This document shows positions 1-8,161 of a stretch of 50,318 nt of DNA, piece after piece. Each line of letters starts with the position of its first letter. The stretch's first letter is position 1. The position numbers were made by a program, and so were the translations under genes. A model generated the notes under the pieces. The model ran no database searches, was not told where the DNA came from, and saw nothing but the letters and a program-made list of their open reading frames with translations. Source of the stretch: an uncultured Actinomyces sp. (lineage in GTDB: Bacteria; Actinomycetota; Actinomycetes; Actinomycetales; Actinomycetaceae); assembly GCA_900556405.1 (NCBI GenBank), contig USPB01000001.1, positions 1 through 50,318 of the forward strand, given 5' to 3'.

Positions 1-105
1 CCGATTCGTTCACCGCTTACGTAGCCTCACGAAATATACTACTGCCCAACCACATGGAAACTGCAACTTTGTCCAGTTTTGTTGCAGAGTCGTTAAGGAG
101 CAGCG

Positions 106-1668
106 ATGGCACCGGCACGCAAGGGTCGACGACAGCGAGCGAAGACACCTCGCTTACGTCCCCAACCCGGCGCCACCCGATCCCTGATGCACGGGCGAGC
201 CCCGGCCTCGTCCCCCGCTCTCTCGGAAGAAACCCTCAGCCCACAGCCCTCCCCCATCGTCCGCCAAATCCCCGGAGGACCCAGCGGCCCCCACCCCCAG
301 GTCCCCACCTCCCGCATGCAGCGCGTGCGCGCCTGGCTCTCACGCCAAGCACGCTACTCGCCCGCACGCCTCGCACTGGGCACCTTCGCACTCATCATCG
401 GCGTCGTCACCGCGCTCCTGATGCTCCCCATCTCCTCCTCGTCGGACACGTCCGCGCCCTTCGTCGACGTACTCTTCACCGCCGTATCCGCCGTGTGCGT
501 CACCGGCCTGACCACCGTCGACACCGCGACCTACTGGTCCCCCTTCGGCCAAGCCGTCATCGCCGCCGGCATCGTCGTCGGCGGCCTGGGCGTCATGACC
601 CTCGCATCAATCCTCGGATTCGCGGTGTCACGCCACCTCGGCCTCACCCAGCGCATGCTCGCCACCCAGGAAACGGGAACCGGCGCCATGGGCCAGATCT
701 CGACGCTCCTCAAAGCCGTCATCGCCACATCACTGAGCATGCAGGCACTCCTCGCCGCCATGTTCCTCCCCCGCTTCCTCGCCATGGGATTCGACCCCGT
801 GCGTGCCATCTGGGATGCCGTCTTCATGGCGATCTCCGTGTTCAACAACGCCGGCTTCGTCATCCTCCCCGACGGCCTCGCGCCCCACGTCACCGACTGG
901 TGGATGCTCATCCCCATCATCCTGGGCACAACCGTGGGCGCCATCGGCTTCCCCGTCATCATGGACGTCGCCAAAAACCTGCGCACTCCGCGCCGCTGGC
1001 GCCTCCACACCAAGCTGACACTGTCGACCTACCTGATTCTGGCATTCGTCGGCGCCCTCGCAATGGCTCTCACCGAGTGGCACAACCCGACGACGCTCGG
1101 CGCAATCGATACGCCGTCGAAGATCCTCAACGCCATGCTCGCCGGCGTGAACTCCCGTTCTTCCGGCTTATCTGCGCTCGATGTGGGCGCCATGCACTCG
1201 CAAACCCACTTCGTCCAGGACATCCTCATGATGATCGGCGGCGGCTCCGCATCCACCGCGGGCGGCGTCAAGGTCACGACCTTCGCTGTCCTCGTGCTCG
1301 CCGTCATCGCCGAAGCCCGAGGCGACCGCGACATCGAAACCTTCGGCCGGCGCATCCCGACCTCCACGATCCGCCTGTCGGTCGCCGTGTCCCTGCTGGG
1401 CCTGGCGCTCGTCGCAATCTCCGTCGTACTCCTGATGTCGATGACGGACTACACGCTCGATATCATCCTCTTCGAGACCGTGTCAGCATTCGCGACCGTC
1501 GGCCTGTCCACCGGCATCACCCCGATCCTGCCCGTGGGCGCCAAATACGTGCTGATTGTCCTCATGTTCGCGGGCCGCACCGGCTCCATGACCGTGGCCG
1601 CAGCCCTTGCCCTGCGCCAGCGCTCCCGCGTCATCCGCATGCCCGAAGAGCAGCCCATCATCGGCTAA
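106..1668 (+). CDS. ktrB: TrkH/KtrB-family potassium uptake membrane subunit
   Basis: Multi-TM protein with four pore-loop motifs (SAVCVTGL, SVFNNAGF, NSRSSGL, SAFATVGLSTG) and STAGGVKVTT. RBS AAGGAG at 95-100 and a TATACT -10-like hexamer at 35-40. Confidence 0.93.
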   Translation: MAPARKGRRQRAKTPRLRPQPGATRSLMHGRAPASSPALSEETLSPQPSPIVRQIPGGPSGPHPQVPTSRMQRVRAWLSRQARYSPARLALGTFALIIGVVTALLMLPISSSSDTSAPFVDVLFTAVSAVCVTGLTTVDTATYWSPFGQAVIAAGIVVGGLGVMTLASILGFAVSRHLGLTQRMLATQETGTGAMGQISTLLKAVIATSLSMQALLAAMFLPRFLAMGFDPVRAIWDAVFMAISVFNNAGFVILPDGLAPHVTDWWMLIPIILGTTVGAIGFPVIMDVAKNLRTPRRWRLHTKLTLSTYLILAFVGALAMALTEWHNPTTLGAIDTPSKILNAMLAGVNSRSSGLSALDVGAMHSQTHFVQDILMMIGGGSASTAGGVKVTTFAVLVLAVIAEARGDRDIETFGRRIPTSTIRLSVAVSLLGLALVAISVVLLMSMTDYTLDIILFETVSAFATVGLSTGITPILPVGAKYVLIVLMFAGRTGSMTVAAALALRQRSRVIRMPEEQPIIG

Positions 1669-1737
1669 TTGCTGGTAGCGGGCGCCGTCGCGGCGCGCGG
1701 GCGGGTGGGCAGGCGGGTGGCCTGTTAACGCCAGAGG

Positions 1738-2018
1738 GCGAAAAAACTCGCCCAGCGCGCCCCTCCAACCGTTCCCGCGCGAAAAAGTTCGCCCAGCGCG
1801 CCCCTCCAACCGTTCCCGCGCGAAAAAGTTCGCCCAGCAACAGCCCAATCTTGGCCAAACCGCGAAAAAGTTCGCCCAGCACGCCCAAAAACACCAAAAT
1901 CTAGCCATTTTTCCCGAGCAGGGCGAACTTTTTCGCGTTTCCCGAACCAATTCACCCCGCAGGGCGAACTTTTTCGCGCTTCCCGAACCAATTCACCCCG
2001 CAGGGCGAACTTTTTCGC
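1738..2018. repeat. REP/BIME-like array: 4 forward + 3 inverted copies of a 19-bp motif at 41-42 bp period
   Basis: GCGAAAAA(G/A)(T/C)TCGCCCAGC at 1738, 1779, 1820 and 1862; near reverse complement GCAGGGCGAACTTTTTCGC at 1918, 1959 and 2000. Confidence 0.95.
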
Positions 2019-2106
2019 GCAGATTCAACACTCAACGTGTAATTCAGGCACACCCCTGGCCAGGCACACTCAACAGAGCACATTGGTAATAGAACGGCAA
2101 CCACTT

Positions 2107-2149
2107 GTCGTCCACAGGCTGTCTCTCCCACTCGTAGTTATCCACAGGC
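2107..2149 (+). promoter_or_regulatory. Pair of DnaA-box-like direct repeats
   Basis: GTCGTCCACAGGC (2107-2119) and GTTATCCACAGGC (2137-2149), 30 bp apart. The second contains the exact DnaA box TTATCCACA (2138-2146). Confidence 0.45.
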
Positions 2150-2247
2150 CCACGCGGAAGGCTTGAATCGTACCCACCATCGGCACACAGTGGGACTCAT
2201 GCGCCAACAAACAAAGAGGCCTACTAGCCTGTAACGAAGGAGTTGCG

Positions 2248-3261
2248 ATGTTGCGTGACCACGTGGAGTCTATCCGTTCTTCCCTAGTCGTTGCTGACTC
2301 GCACGCGACTAAGGATTGCATCCATAGGCGCTTGCAGAAAGGAGAACTCATTCGTCTTCTCACCGGCATTTGCATTCCTTCAGCACGGTTGATCGGACTG
2401 AACTCACGTGAGCGCAAAACAGCGCTTTTCATTGCTCGCATGTGCGCGCTGAGTCTGCGATATCCCGATTACGTCATCAGCGGCGGCGTCGCCGCTTACC
2501 TTCTCGGCCTCCCCGCCGACGACCAGATCGAGAAGCTCACACTGTATGCGCCATCTCGAGAACGCCCCCGCCAGATTCATTTTCCAGCAATCACAGTTGA
2601 GAAGAATGAACATTTTTCGGCCGCGACAACGCCCGTTTCTCGCCCCCGATCGCCAGTTCCCTCAATCACGTACTTAGGCTTCCGCATCGCGACACCGGCG
2701 CGAGTTGTTGTTGACTGCGCTCGCCTACTCAACAAACAGCACGCTTTTCCCATCGCCTGCGCAGGGTTGGCCCACGCGTGCCAGTTCGATCGTTTCCGTC
2801 AGGATGCGTCGCGGCCGCGGCAGGAGGAGGCGCGGAGGGATTTCCACGAGGCCTTGGATGCCACTCCCCGCAACGCCAGAGGACGCGGGCGCGCCCGTTG
2901 GATCGTCGACCATGCTGACGCTGGTTGTGAGTCTCCCGGCGAGGCCCTCGTGTTGCTTGCCTTGCTGCGCGCGGGGATCGCCGGGTTGACAACGCAGGAA
3001 GAAGTCCACATTGACGGCCGCACGTACTTCATTGATATCGCCCTACCCAACCTGAAGATCGCGATCGAATTTGATGGCCGCATCAAGTACGGGGAGACCG
3101 TCAGCCAGGTACACGACTCGATCGAGGCCGAGCAGCGTCGCCAGCGAGACCTTGAGCGGGCGGGCTGGAAGGTGATTCGCGTTCGGTGGTCGGACCTGCA
3201 AGTCATCGACGAGGTCCTCGCCCAAGTTTTAGTGGCAATCCGCGCGAAGGTCGGACGCTGA
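2248..3261 (+). CDS. AbiEi-like N-terminal region + DUF559/Vsr-like PD-(D/E)xK endonuclease domain protein
   Basis: C-terminal ESPGE...Q...FIDIALPNLKIAIEFDGRIKY...EQRRQRDLERAGWKVIRVRWSDL is typical of actinobacterial AbiEi/DUF559 proteins; ATPARVVVDCAR motif; RBS AAGGAG at 2237-2242. Confidence 0.8.
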   Translation: MLRDHVESIRSSLVVADSHATKDCIHRRLQKGELIRLLTGICIPSARLIGLNSRERKTALFIARMCALSLRYPDYVISGGVAAYLLGLPADDQIEKLTLYAPSRERPRQIHFPAITVEKNEHFSAATTPVSRPRSPVPSITYLGFRIATPARVVVDCARLLNKQHAFPIACAGLAHACQFDRFRQDASRPRQEEARRDFHEALDATPRNARGRGRARWIVDHADAGCESPGEALVLLALLRAGIAGLTTQEEVHIDGRTYFIDIALPNLKIAIEFDGRIKYGETVSQVHDSIEAEQRRQRDLERAGWKVIRVRWSDLQVIDEVLAQVLVAIRAKVGR

Positions 3262-3378
3262 TTGTCCGCATACCACAGCGCGGCCAGATGGCCGCGTCGG
3301 CAAGCCGTACGACCAGGCGACAGCAACTGCGGCTGGTGCAGCACCAACGACGCCAAGACGAGAGCCGACAAAGCCAGA

Positions 3379-3630
3379 CCAGCAGCAATGCGACCGCAGC
3401 CAGCAGCACCACCAGCGAGGCAGGCGCCAGCAGTAACGCCACCGCGGCCAGCAGCACCAACGAGGCCGAGACCAGCGGCCAAGCATCCAAGGACGGCAAC
3501 AACACAGGAACCAACAGCATGACCGGCGTCGGGAGCAGCAACGGCAACGAAGCTGGAACTAGGATCAAAGCAAACAAGAACGACAACAGCACCGGGACCA
3601 GCTTCCGCATGTTTCACGCATGTTTCACGC
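3379..3630. repeat. Degenerate CCAGCAGCA-rich tandem repeats and an 11-bp duplication
   Basis: Imperfect 48/45-bp duplication at 3379-3471; CGCATGTTTCA x2 at 3606-3627. Confidence 0.7.
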
Positions 3631-3739
3631 GCCGAACGTGTGCCCGCGACGGACACGCGCGACAGCCAACACCCACCACACCAGCGACGCGCGGCCGCAG
3701 CGTTCGCGGCACGCGCGCCCGCAGGGAAGAATGGAGGGT

Positions 3740-4417
3740 ATGGCAGATGAACGCGAGTCAAAGGAACTGCAGTCGGGAACGCTGGTCATCGGGCTGGGCC
3801 GTTTTGGCTCTGCGGTCGCGGTGACGCAAGACCAGTTGGGCTATGAGATCCTGGCGGTTGAAAAGAATCCCGCCCGTGTGCAGGCGTTCGCAGGGCGCTT
3901 CCCTCTTGTTGAGGCTGATGCAACCTCCAAGGACGCGCTTGAGCAGCTGGGCGCACGCGAGTTCCGCAGCGCAGTTGTCGGCGTGGGGTCGTCACTGGAG
4001 GCGGCGGTGTTGATCACGGCGAACCTGGTCGACATGGGTATTTCGTCAATCTGGGTGAAGGCGACGTCTTCGCAGCATGGCCGTATCCTGCGCCGCGTGG
4101 GAGCGCATCATGTTGTCTACCCGGATTTGGATGCTGGTAAGCGCACGGCGCACTTGGTGGGTGGCCGCATGGTTGACTACATCGAGATGGAGAAGGATGG
4201 CTTCTCGATCATGAAGTTACGCCCGCCGCAGGAGGTGCGCGGTTTCACGCTGGAGGAGCTGGATTTGCGCGGCCGTTATGGCGTGAATGTGCTGGCTATT
4301 CGTCGTCCGAAGCAGCGTTTTGAGTACGCGGATGCGTCCACGCGTATTAATGCCGACGACGAGATCATCGTCTCGGGCGATTCGCACCTGTTGGAGTATT
4401 TCGCGAATAGGCCGTAG
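3740..4417 (+). CDS. ktrA: TrkA/KtrA-family potassium uptake regulatory subunit (RCK_N + RCK_C)
   Basis: VIGLGRFGSAVA Rossmann motif, DAT...L..LG, GAHHVVYPD, LEELDLRGRYGVNVLAIRR. Start moved from 3620 to the in-frame ATG at 3740 (inference; ATG 3731 is an alternative). Confidence 0.92.
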   Translation: MADERESKELQSGTLVIGLGRFGSAVAVTQDQLGYEILAVEKNPARVQAFAGRFPLVEADATSKDALEQLGAREFRSAVVGVGSSLEAAVLITANLVDMGISSIWVKATSSQHGRILRRVGAHHVVYPDLDAGKRTAHLVGGRMVDYIEMEKDGFSIMKLRPPQEVRGFTLEELDLRGRYGVNVLAIRRPKQRFEYADASTRINADDEIIVSGDSHLLEYFANRP

Positions 4418-4427
4418 CGGCGAGAAT

Positions 4428-4469
4428 ACAGGAGGGCCCCGCACAGTGGTGTGTGCGGGGCCCTCCTGT
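4428..4469. terminator. Probable bidirectional intrinsic terminator between convergent genes
   Basis: Perfect 18-bp stem ACAGGAGGGCCCCGCACA / TGTGCGGGGCCCTCCTGT with a 6-nt loop, 10 bp after the ktrA stop. Confidence 0.85.
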
Positions 4470-4588
4470 TGTACTGGGACGAGGCCGGGGCCGCCCGCGC
4501 TCACGCCGCGAGGCAGAGCGCGGGGGTCCGTGCCGGTCGTCTGACGCGTGCAGTATGTCCGGGGCGACTGGGCGCCCCAGACGCACGG

Positions 4589-6046
4589 TCAGTGGCCATG
4601 GTGATGCGACCTATGCGGGGAGTGATGTCCGCCGCCGCTGTGGCTTCCACCCTTGTGGCTACCGCCGCTATGGCTGCCGCCGCTATGGCTGCCGCCCTTG
4701 TTGCCGCCACCATTGTGGCTACCGTTATGGCTCCCACCATTATGGTTGCCACCCTTGTGGTTACCACCGTTGTGGTTGCCACCCTTGTGGTCGCCATTGT
4801 TGTTGCCACTCTTGTGATCACCACCATTATGGTTGCCACCCTTGTGGTTACCACCGTTATGGTTGCCACCCTTGTGGTCGCCATTGTGGTTGCCACCCTT
4901 GTGATCACCGTTGTGGTTGCCACCCTTGTGATCACCGTTGTGGTTGCCCTTATGGTCGCCACCCTTGTGGTCACCACCCTTGTGGTCACCGCCACCATCA
5001 TGGCCGCCACCATCGTGGTCGGATTTACCGCCACCCCAGTCAATATGGGGCTCGATGCTGGGGTTAACCTCAATGTGGCGGTCTTCGCTATTGTCGACGT
5101 CACCGTTGTTGATGGTGCCATTGTTGTCACCGCCAACAACTGTGCCGCTGTTGTCTCCGCCAACCGAGGTGCCACCGGAGGTGCCACCGTTAGCCGTGCT
5201 ACCGCCACCGGCACTGCCGTCGCTACCGGCGGTGCCGCTCGTCGAGCCGCCTTCGCCGCAGCAACCGCCGCCGGGTGCCTGGCACTGCTCGCCGATGTGC
5301 TCGACGCCACGAGTCAGGTCATCACCAGCCGAGGTCATGACGGCGTAGATGGCCTCGATCGCCTGGAGGGCGTTCACAAGGACCTCGAGGATAGGCTCGA
5401 TGCGTCCGACCCACTTGGAAGTCTTACCAGCCACCTGGGCTGCCGCCACGGGCGTCGCGAGACCGAACGAGCAGATTTCTTCCGCGACGACCTCGAAACA
5501 CGTGACAACGATATCCGCGATAGCGCTCACGACGGCGTCGTGGATATTGTCAACAGAGTCCGCGACCTTGGACAGCGCTTCGCCGAAAGCACCCGACGCC
5601 TCGGACACGCCGTTGATCGCGCTGTAGACGACGGCTTGACGCTCCTGGTAGGCGCGTACGGCTTCACCGTGCATGTCGGCGAAGTCGCTCGCAGCTGCAT
5701 TTTCCAGCTCTTCAGCAATGGATGCGAGGGAGCTGGAGATGGAATCCCAGCTGGCGCTCATGCCGTACACCTGCCCGGAGTCGCCGGTCAGCTGGTTGAT
5801 CCAGGTTTTGAGCGGATCCACGTGCTGCATGATCCATTCGACGACAGAGCCTGCGATGCCACCGACAGGATCCAGCATCAGATTGCCGGCCTCCTCAACG
5901 AGTCCCCGCGCGGAATCAACGAGGTTGGTGACATCGCCCGAGCGCAGATCCTGGGCAGCATTGTAGAGAGTGTCAAAGACGGCCAGGCCCTCTGTCGGGG
6001 TGGTGTTGTCGATACTCCGAGTGTATTCGGGGGCTTCGGGACTCAC
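4589..6046 (-). CDS. Putative T7SS substrate: WXG100/EspA-like helical N-terminus + Gly/His/Asn/Asp/Lys low-complexity tail
   Basis: N-terminal DPVGGIAGSVVEWIMQHVDPLKTWINQLTGDSGQV...W...MHGEA resembles actinobacterial WXG100-like substrate domains. Tail of GGNHNGDHK-type repeats ending HHSPHRSHHHGH. GTG start overlaps the upstream stop (GTGA). Confidence 0.78.
   Translation of the reverse strand: MSPEAPEYTRSIDNTTPTEGLAVFDTLYNAAQDLRSGDVTNLVDSARGLVEEAGNLMLDPVGGIAGSVVEWIMQHVDPLKTWINQLTGDSGQVYGMSASWDSISSSLASIAEELENAAASDFADMHGEAVRAYQERQAVVYSAINGVSEASGAFGEALSKVADSVDNIHDAVVSAIADIVVTCFEVVAEEICSFGLATPVAAAQVAGKTSKWVGRIEPILEVLVNALQAIEAIYAVMTSAGDDLTRGVEHIGEQCQAPGGGCCGEGGSTSGTAGSDGSAGGGSTANGGTSGGTSVGGDNSGTVVGGDNNGTINNGDVDNSEDRHIEVNPSIEPHIDWGGGKSDHDGGGHDGGGDHKGGDHKGGDHKGNHNGDHKGGNHNGDHKGGNHNGDHKGGNHNGGNHKGGNHNGGDHKSGNNNGDHKGGNHNGGNHKGGNHNGGSHNGSHNGGGNKGGSHSGGSHSGGSHKGGSHSGGGHHSPHRSHHHGH
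4592..5035 (-). repeat. Coding minisatellite (12/15-bp units) encoding G(G)xHN/K repeats
   Basis: Repeated GCCACCCTTGTGG / CACCGTTGTGGTT units on the + strand. Confidence 0.9.
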
Positions 6047-7746
6047 TTCTTAACTCCTTCGAACAGGAAGCGACGCAGCGTCCGCTCCTCATCCTGACGC
6101 TGACGGTAGAGGAATGTTTCGATGTCCTTATCGCCGCGATCATCCTGTCGTTCGAACAGTGAACGCACGTCGTCCGTATTCGTATCGGGGTTGGCCTTGG
6201 AGAACTCCTCGATGCGGGCGGACTGGGCCTTCTCCTGCTGCTCAACGAAGCTGCGGTAGCTGGCCTGCTGGTCGTTGCGCTGCTGCGACATGAAGGTGTC
6301 AAAGTCCCTGGATGTCGCCTGCGGGTGATCCTGCACGTACTGGCGGATCTGCGTTTCCTCATCGGTACGTTGACGCGACAGGAAGTCCGTCATCGCGTCC
6401 TGCTGCTGTTGCTGGTTGGACTCGATAAGGGTCTTTATCTGGGAGATATCCGTACCCGGATGCGCCTCAGCGTAGCGTGCGAGAGCCTCGCTCTGGTCTT
6501 CCTTCTGGCGCTCGTAGAACTGCGACAGATCGGTGTTTTCGTCATCGCGCTGCTTCTCGAGGAACGCGCGAAGATCGTCCTCGTTCGAGGTGATCTTGTC
6601 GTGGCCGCCAAGGAGACTGTCGAAGTCATTACCGGGGGCACTGTGGTCCCCGTGCTTGCCATCGGAACCATCGTGGCCGTCGGAACCGTCCTTGCCGTCA
6701 TGACCGTCGTGACCGGAACCGTCCTTGCCGTCATGACCATCGTGACCGTTCGAACCATCGTGACCGTCGGAACCGTCCTTGCCGTCATGACCGTCGTGAC
6801 CGTCGGAACCGTCCTTGCCGTCATGACCATCGTGACCGTCGGAACCATCCTTGCCATCGTGGCCCGAACCGTCGTGACCGGAGCCATCGTGGCCCGAACC
6901 GTCGTGACCGGAACCGTCGTGGCCCGAACCATCGTGACCCGAACCATCGTGACCCGAACCATCGTGACCCGAACCATCGTGGCCTGAACCGTCAGAGCCG
7001 CCAGAACCATCAGAACTGCCGGAGCCGCCGGAGCTATGCGTGCCAGGGGTCGGAGGAATCGGGGTGGAAGGCTTATCGCCGCTGGAATCACCGCCGCCGG
7101 AGCCATCGTGGCCCGAACCGTCGTGACCCGAACCGTCAGAGCCGCCAGAACCGTCAGAGCCACCGGAGCCGCCGGAGCTATGCGTGCCAGGGGTCGGAGG
7201 AATCGGGGTAGAGGGCTTGTCGTCCCCGGAGCCATCGCCGCCGCCGCTGGAATCTCCACCACCACCGCTGCTGGAACCGCCACCGCCACTGCTGGAACCG
7301 CCGCCGCCGCTGCTGGAACCACCACCGCCGCCGCTGCTGGAACCGCCACCACCGCTGCTGGAACCACCGCCGCCGGGCGAGGGCGTCGGAGAAGGACCAG
7401 GCTGAGGCTGAGGCTGCGGATTGTCCTGCCCCTCATGAGCCTTCTTAATATCCTCCTTGATTTTCTGCTCAAGATCGTCCATCTCCTGAGCCCATTGAAG
7501 GAGGCAGTTAACGAGACGCTTCTCGGCACCGGCGCAGTCGGTGATCATCTTGGTCAGATTCTCGATCTGCGAATTGACGGGAGGAGCGAAGAAGGCACAC
7601 ATGAGGCCGAACGCATTGCCGCTGGCCTGACCATGCGTCGCGTTAGCGACACCCACATTCTTGTCGAGGGCCGATGCGTTGTCGCTGACCGTGGATGCGT
7701 GGCTACGGATTGTCGCCGTATTGACGCCGAGATCCACCCCGCTCAT
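6043..7746 (-). CDS. Putative T7SS substrate: EspC-like N-terminal domain, Gly/Ser linker, GSGHD and collagen-like GxD repeats, helical C-terminal repeats
   Basis: First ~100 aa (LGVNTATIRSHASTV...AFGLMCAFF...QWAQEMDDLE) resemble the 'type VII secretion target'/EspC family. ATGA overlap with the upstream gene and GTGA overlap with the downstream gene. Confidence 0.75.
   Translation of the reverse strand: MSGVDLGVNTATIRSHASTVSDNASALDKNVGVANATHGQASGNAFGLMCAFFAPPVNSQIENLTKMITDCAGAEKRLVNCLLQWAQEMDDLEQKIKEDIKKAHEGQDNPQPQPQPGPSPTPSPGGGGSSSGGGGSSSGGGGGSSSGGGGSSSGGGGSSSGGGGDSSGGGDGSGDDKPSTPIPPTPGTHSSGGSGGSDGSGGSDGSGHDGSGHDGSGGGDSSGDKPSTPIPPTPGTHSSGGSGSSDGSGGSDGSGHDGSGHDGSGHDGSGHDGSGHDGSGHDGSGHDGSGHDGSGHDGKDGSDGHDGHDGKDGSDGHDGHDGKDGSDGHDGSNGHDGHDGKDGSGHDGHDGKDGSDGHDGSDGKHGDHSAPGNDFDSLLGGHDKITSNEDDLRAFLEKQRDDENTDLSQFYERQKEDQSEALARYAEAHPGTDISQIKTLIESNQQQQQDAMTDFLSRQRTDEETQIRQYVQDHPQATSRDFDTFMSQQRNDQQASYRSFVEQQEKAQSARIEEFSKANPDTNTDDVRSLFERQDDRGDKDIETFLYRQRQDEERTLRRFLFEGVKK
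6640..7375 (-). repeat. Coding repeats: 9-bp GxD units, nine 15-bp GSGHD units, a 144-bp internal duplication and GGGSSS units
   Basis: GAGCTATGCGTGCCAGGGGTCGGAGGAATCGGGG occurs at ~7031 and ~7175; tandem ACC(A/G)TCGTG(A/G)CCCGA-like units at ~6855-6990. Confidence 0.9.
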
Positions 7747-8138
7747 CGCTGACCAGCACCCAACGACCCGAGGGTCGAATCGACGCTATTGAGGTACTCC
7801 TTGAGGGAACCGCCGTCCTCGCCGAAGCGCATGGTCGTCTGCGTACGCACGTAGTCACGCATGTTGCGCCCGGCGTCGGCGTACGCCTCCATGATCGCTT
7901 CTTCAACGTCGCGACCGGTGCCTTCGAGCGCGTCATCATCGATGGACAGTCGGACGAGCCGGCCGTTCGGATCGACCTCCACCTCGACCTCACGGCGGGA
8001 GTCGAAGCCGGTCGCCTTCGCGTTCTTGAGGAGTTCAACGAGGTCGCGAGCATCGGTAGCGCGCTTTTCGGCGGCAGCCATCTGAGCTCGGAGGGTCTGC
8101 TTTACTTCTTCGGGGGTACGCCCCATCACATCTACCAT
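7743..8138 (-). CDS. YbaB/EbfC-family (EspL-like) T7SS-associated protein
   Basis: ATGFDSRREVEVEVDPNGRLVRLSIDDDAL...VEEAIMEAYADA matches the YbaB/EbfC pattern; first gene of a translationally coupled trio. Confidence 0.8.
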   Translation of the reverse strand: MVDVMGRTPEEVKQTLRAQMAAAEKRATDARDLVELLKNAKATGFDSRREVEVEVDPNGRLVRLSIDDDALEGTGRDVEEAIMEAYADAGRNMRDYVRTQTTMRFGEDGGSLKEYLNSVDSTLGSLGAGQR

Positions 8139-8161
8139 ACGGTTATCCTAACTGAGTTCCA

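Noticed and set aside
1..105. c-di-AMP (ydaO) riboswitch ahead of ktrB, or a functional link to disA in the same window
   Set aside because: Only a short CTGCAAC/GTTGCAG hairpin (61-87) is visible and no riboswitch consensus is recognisable. disA is 40 kb away in its usual radA context.
54..1904. 616-aa Arg/His/Pro-rich ORF
   Set aside because: Off-frame shadow of ktrB, typical of high-GC DNA.
1738..2018. CRISPR array
   Set aside because: The repeat is only 19 bp, spacers are duplicated, orientation flips midway, and there are no cas genes.
3606..3630. parS site (TGTTTCAC half-sites)
   Set aside because: The half-sites are in direct tandem orientation, not the TGTTTCACGTGAAACA palindrome; better explained as an 11-bp duplication.
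4451..7752. Hydrophobic VAT/VVT-repeat ORFs and a Cys/His-rich ORF on the + strand (4451-6097, 4453-5067, 6325-6987, 7036-7752)
   Set aside because: Antisense readings of the minus-strand repeats. The minus frames have recognisable domains and coupled start/stop overlaps.
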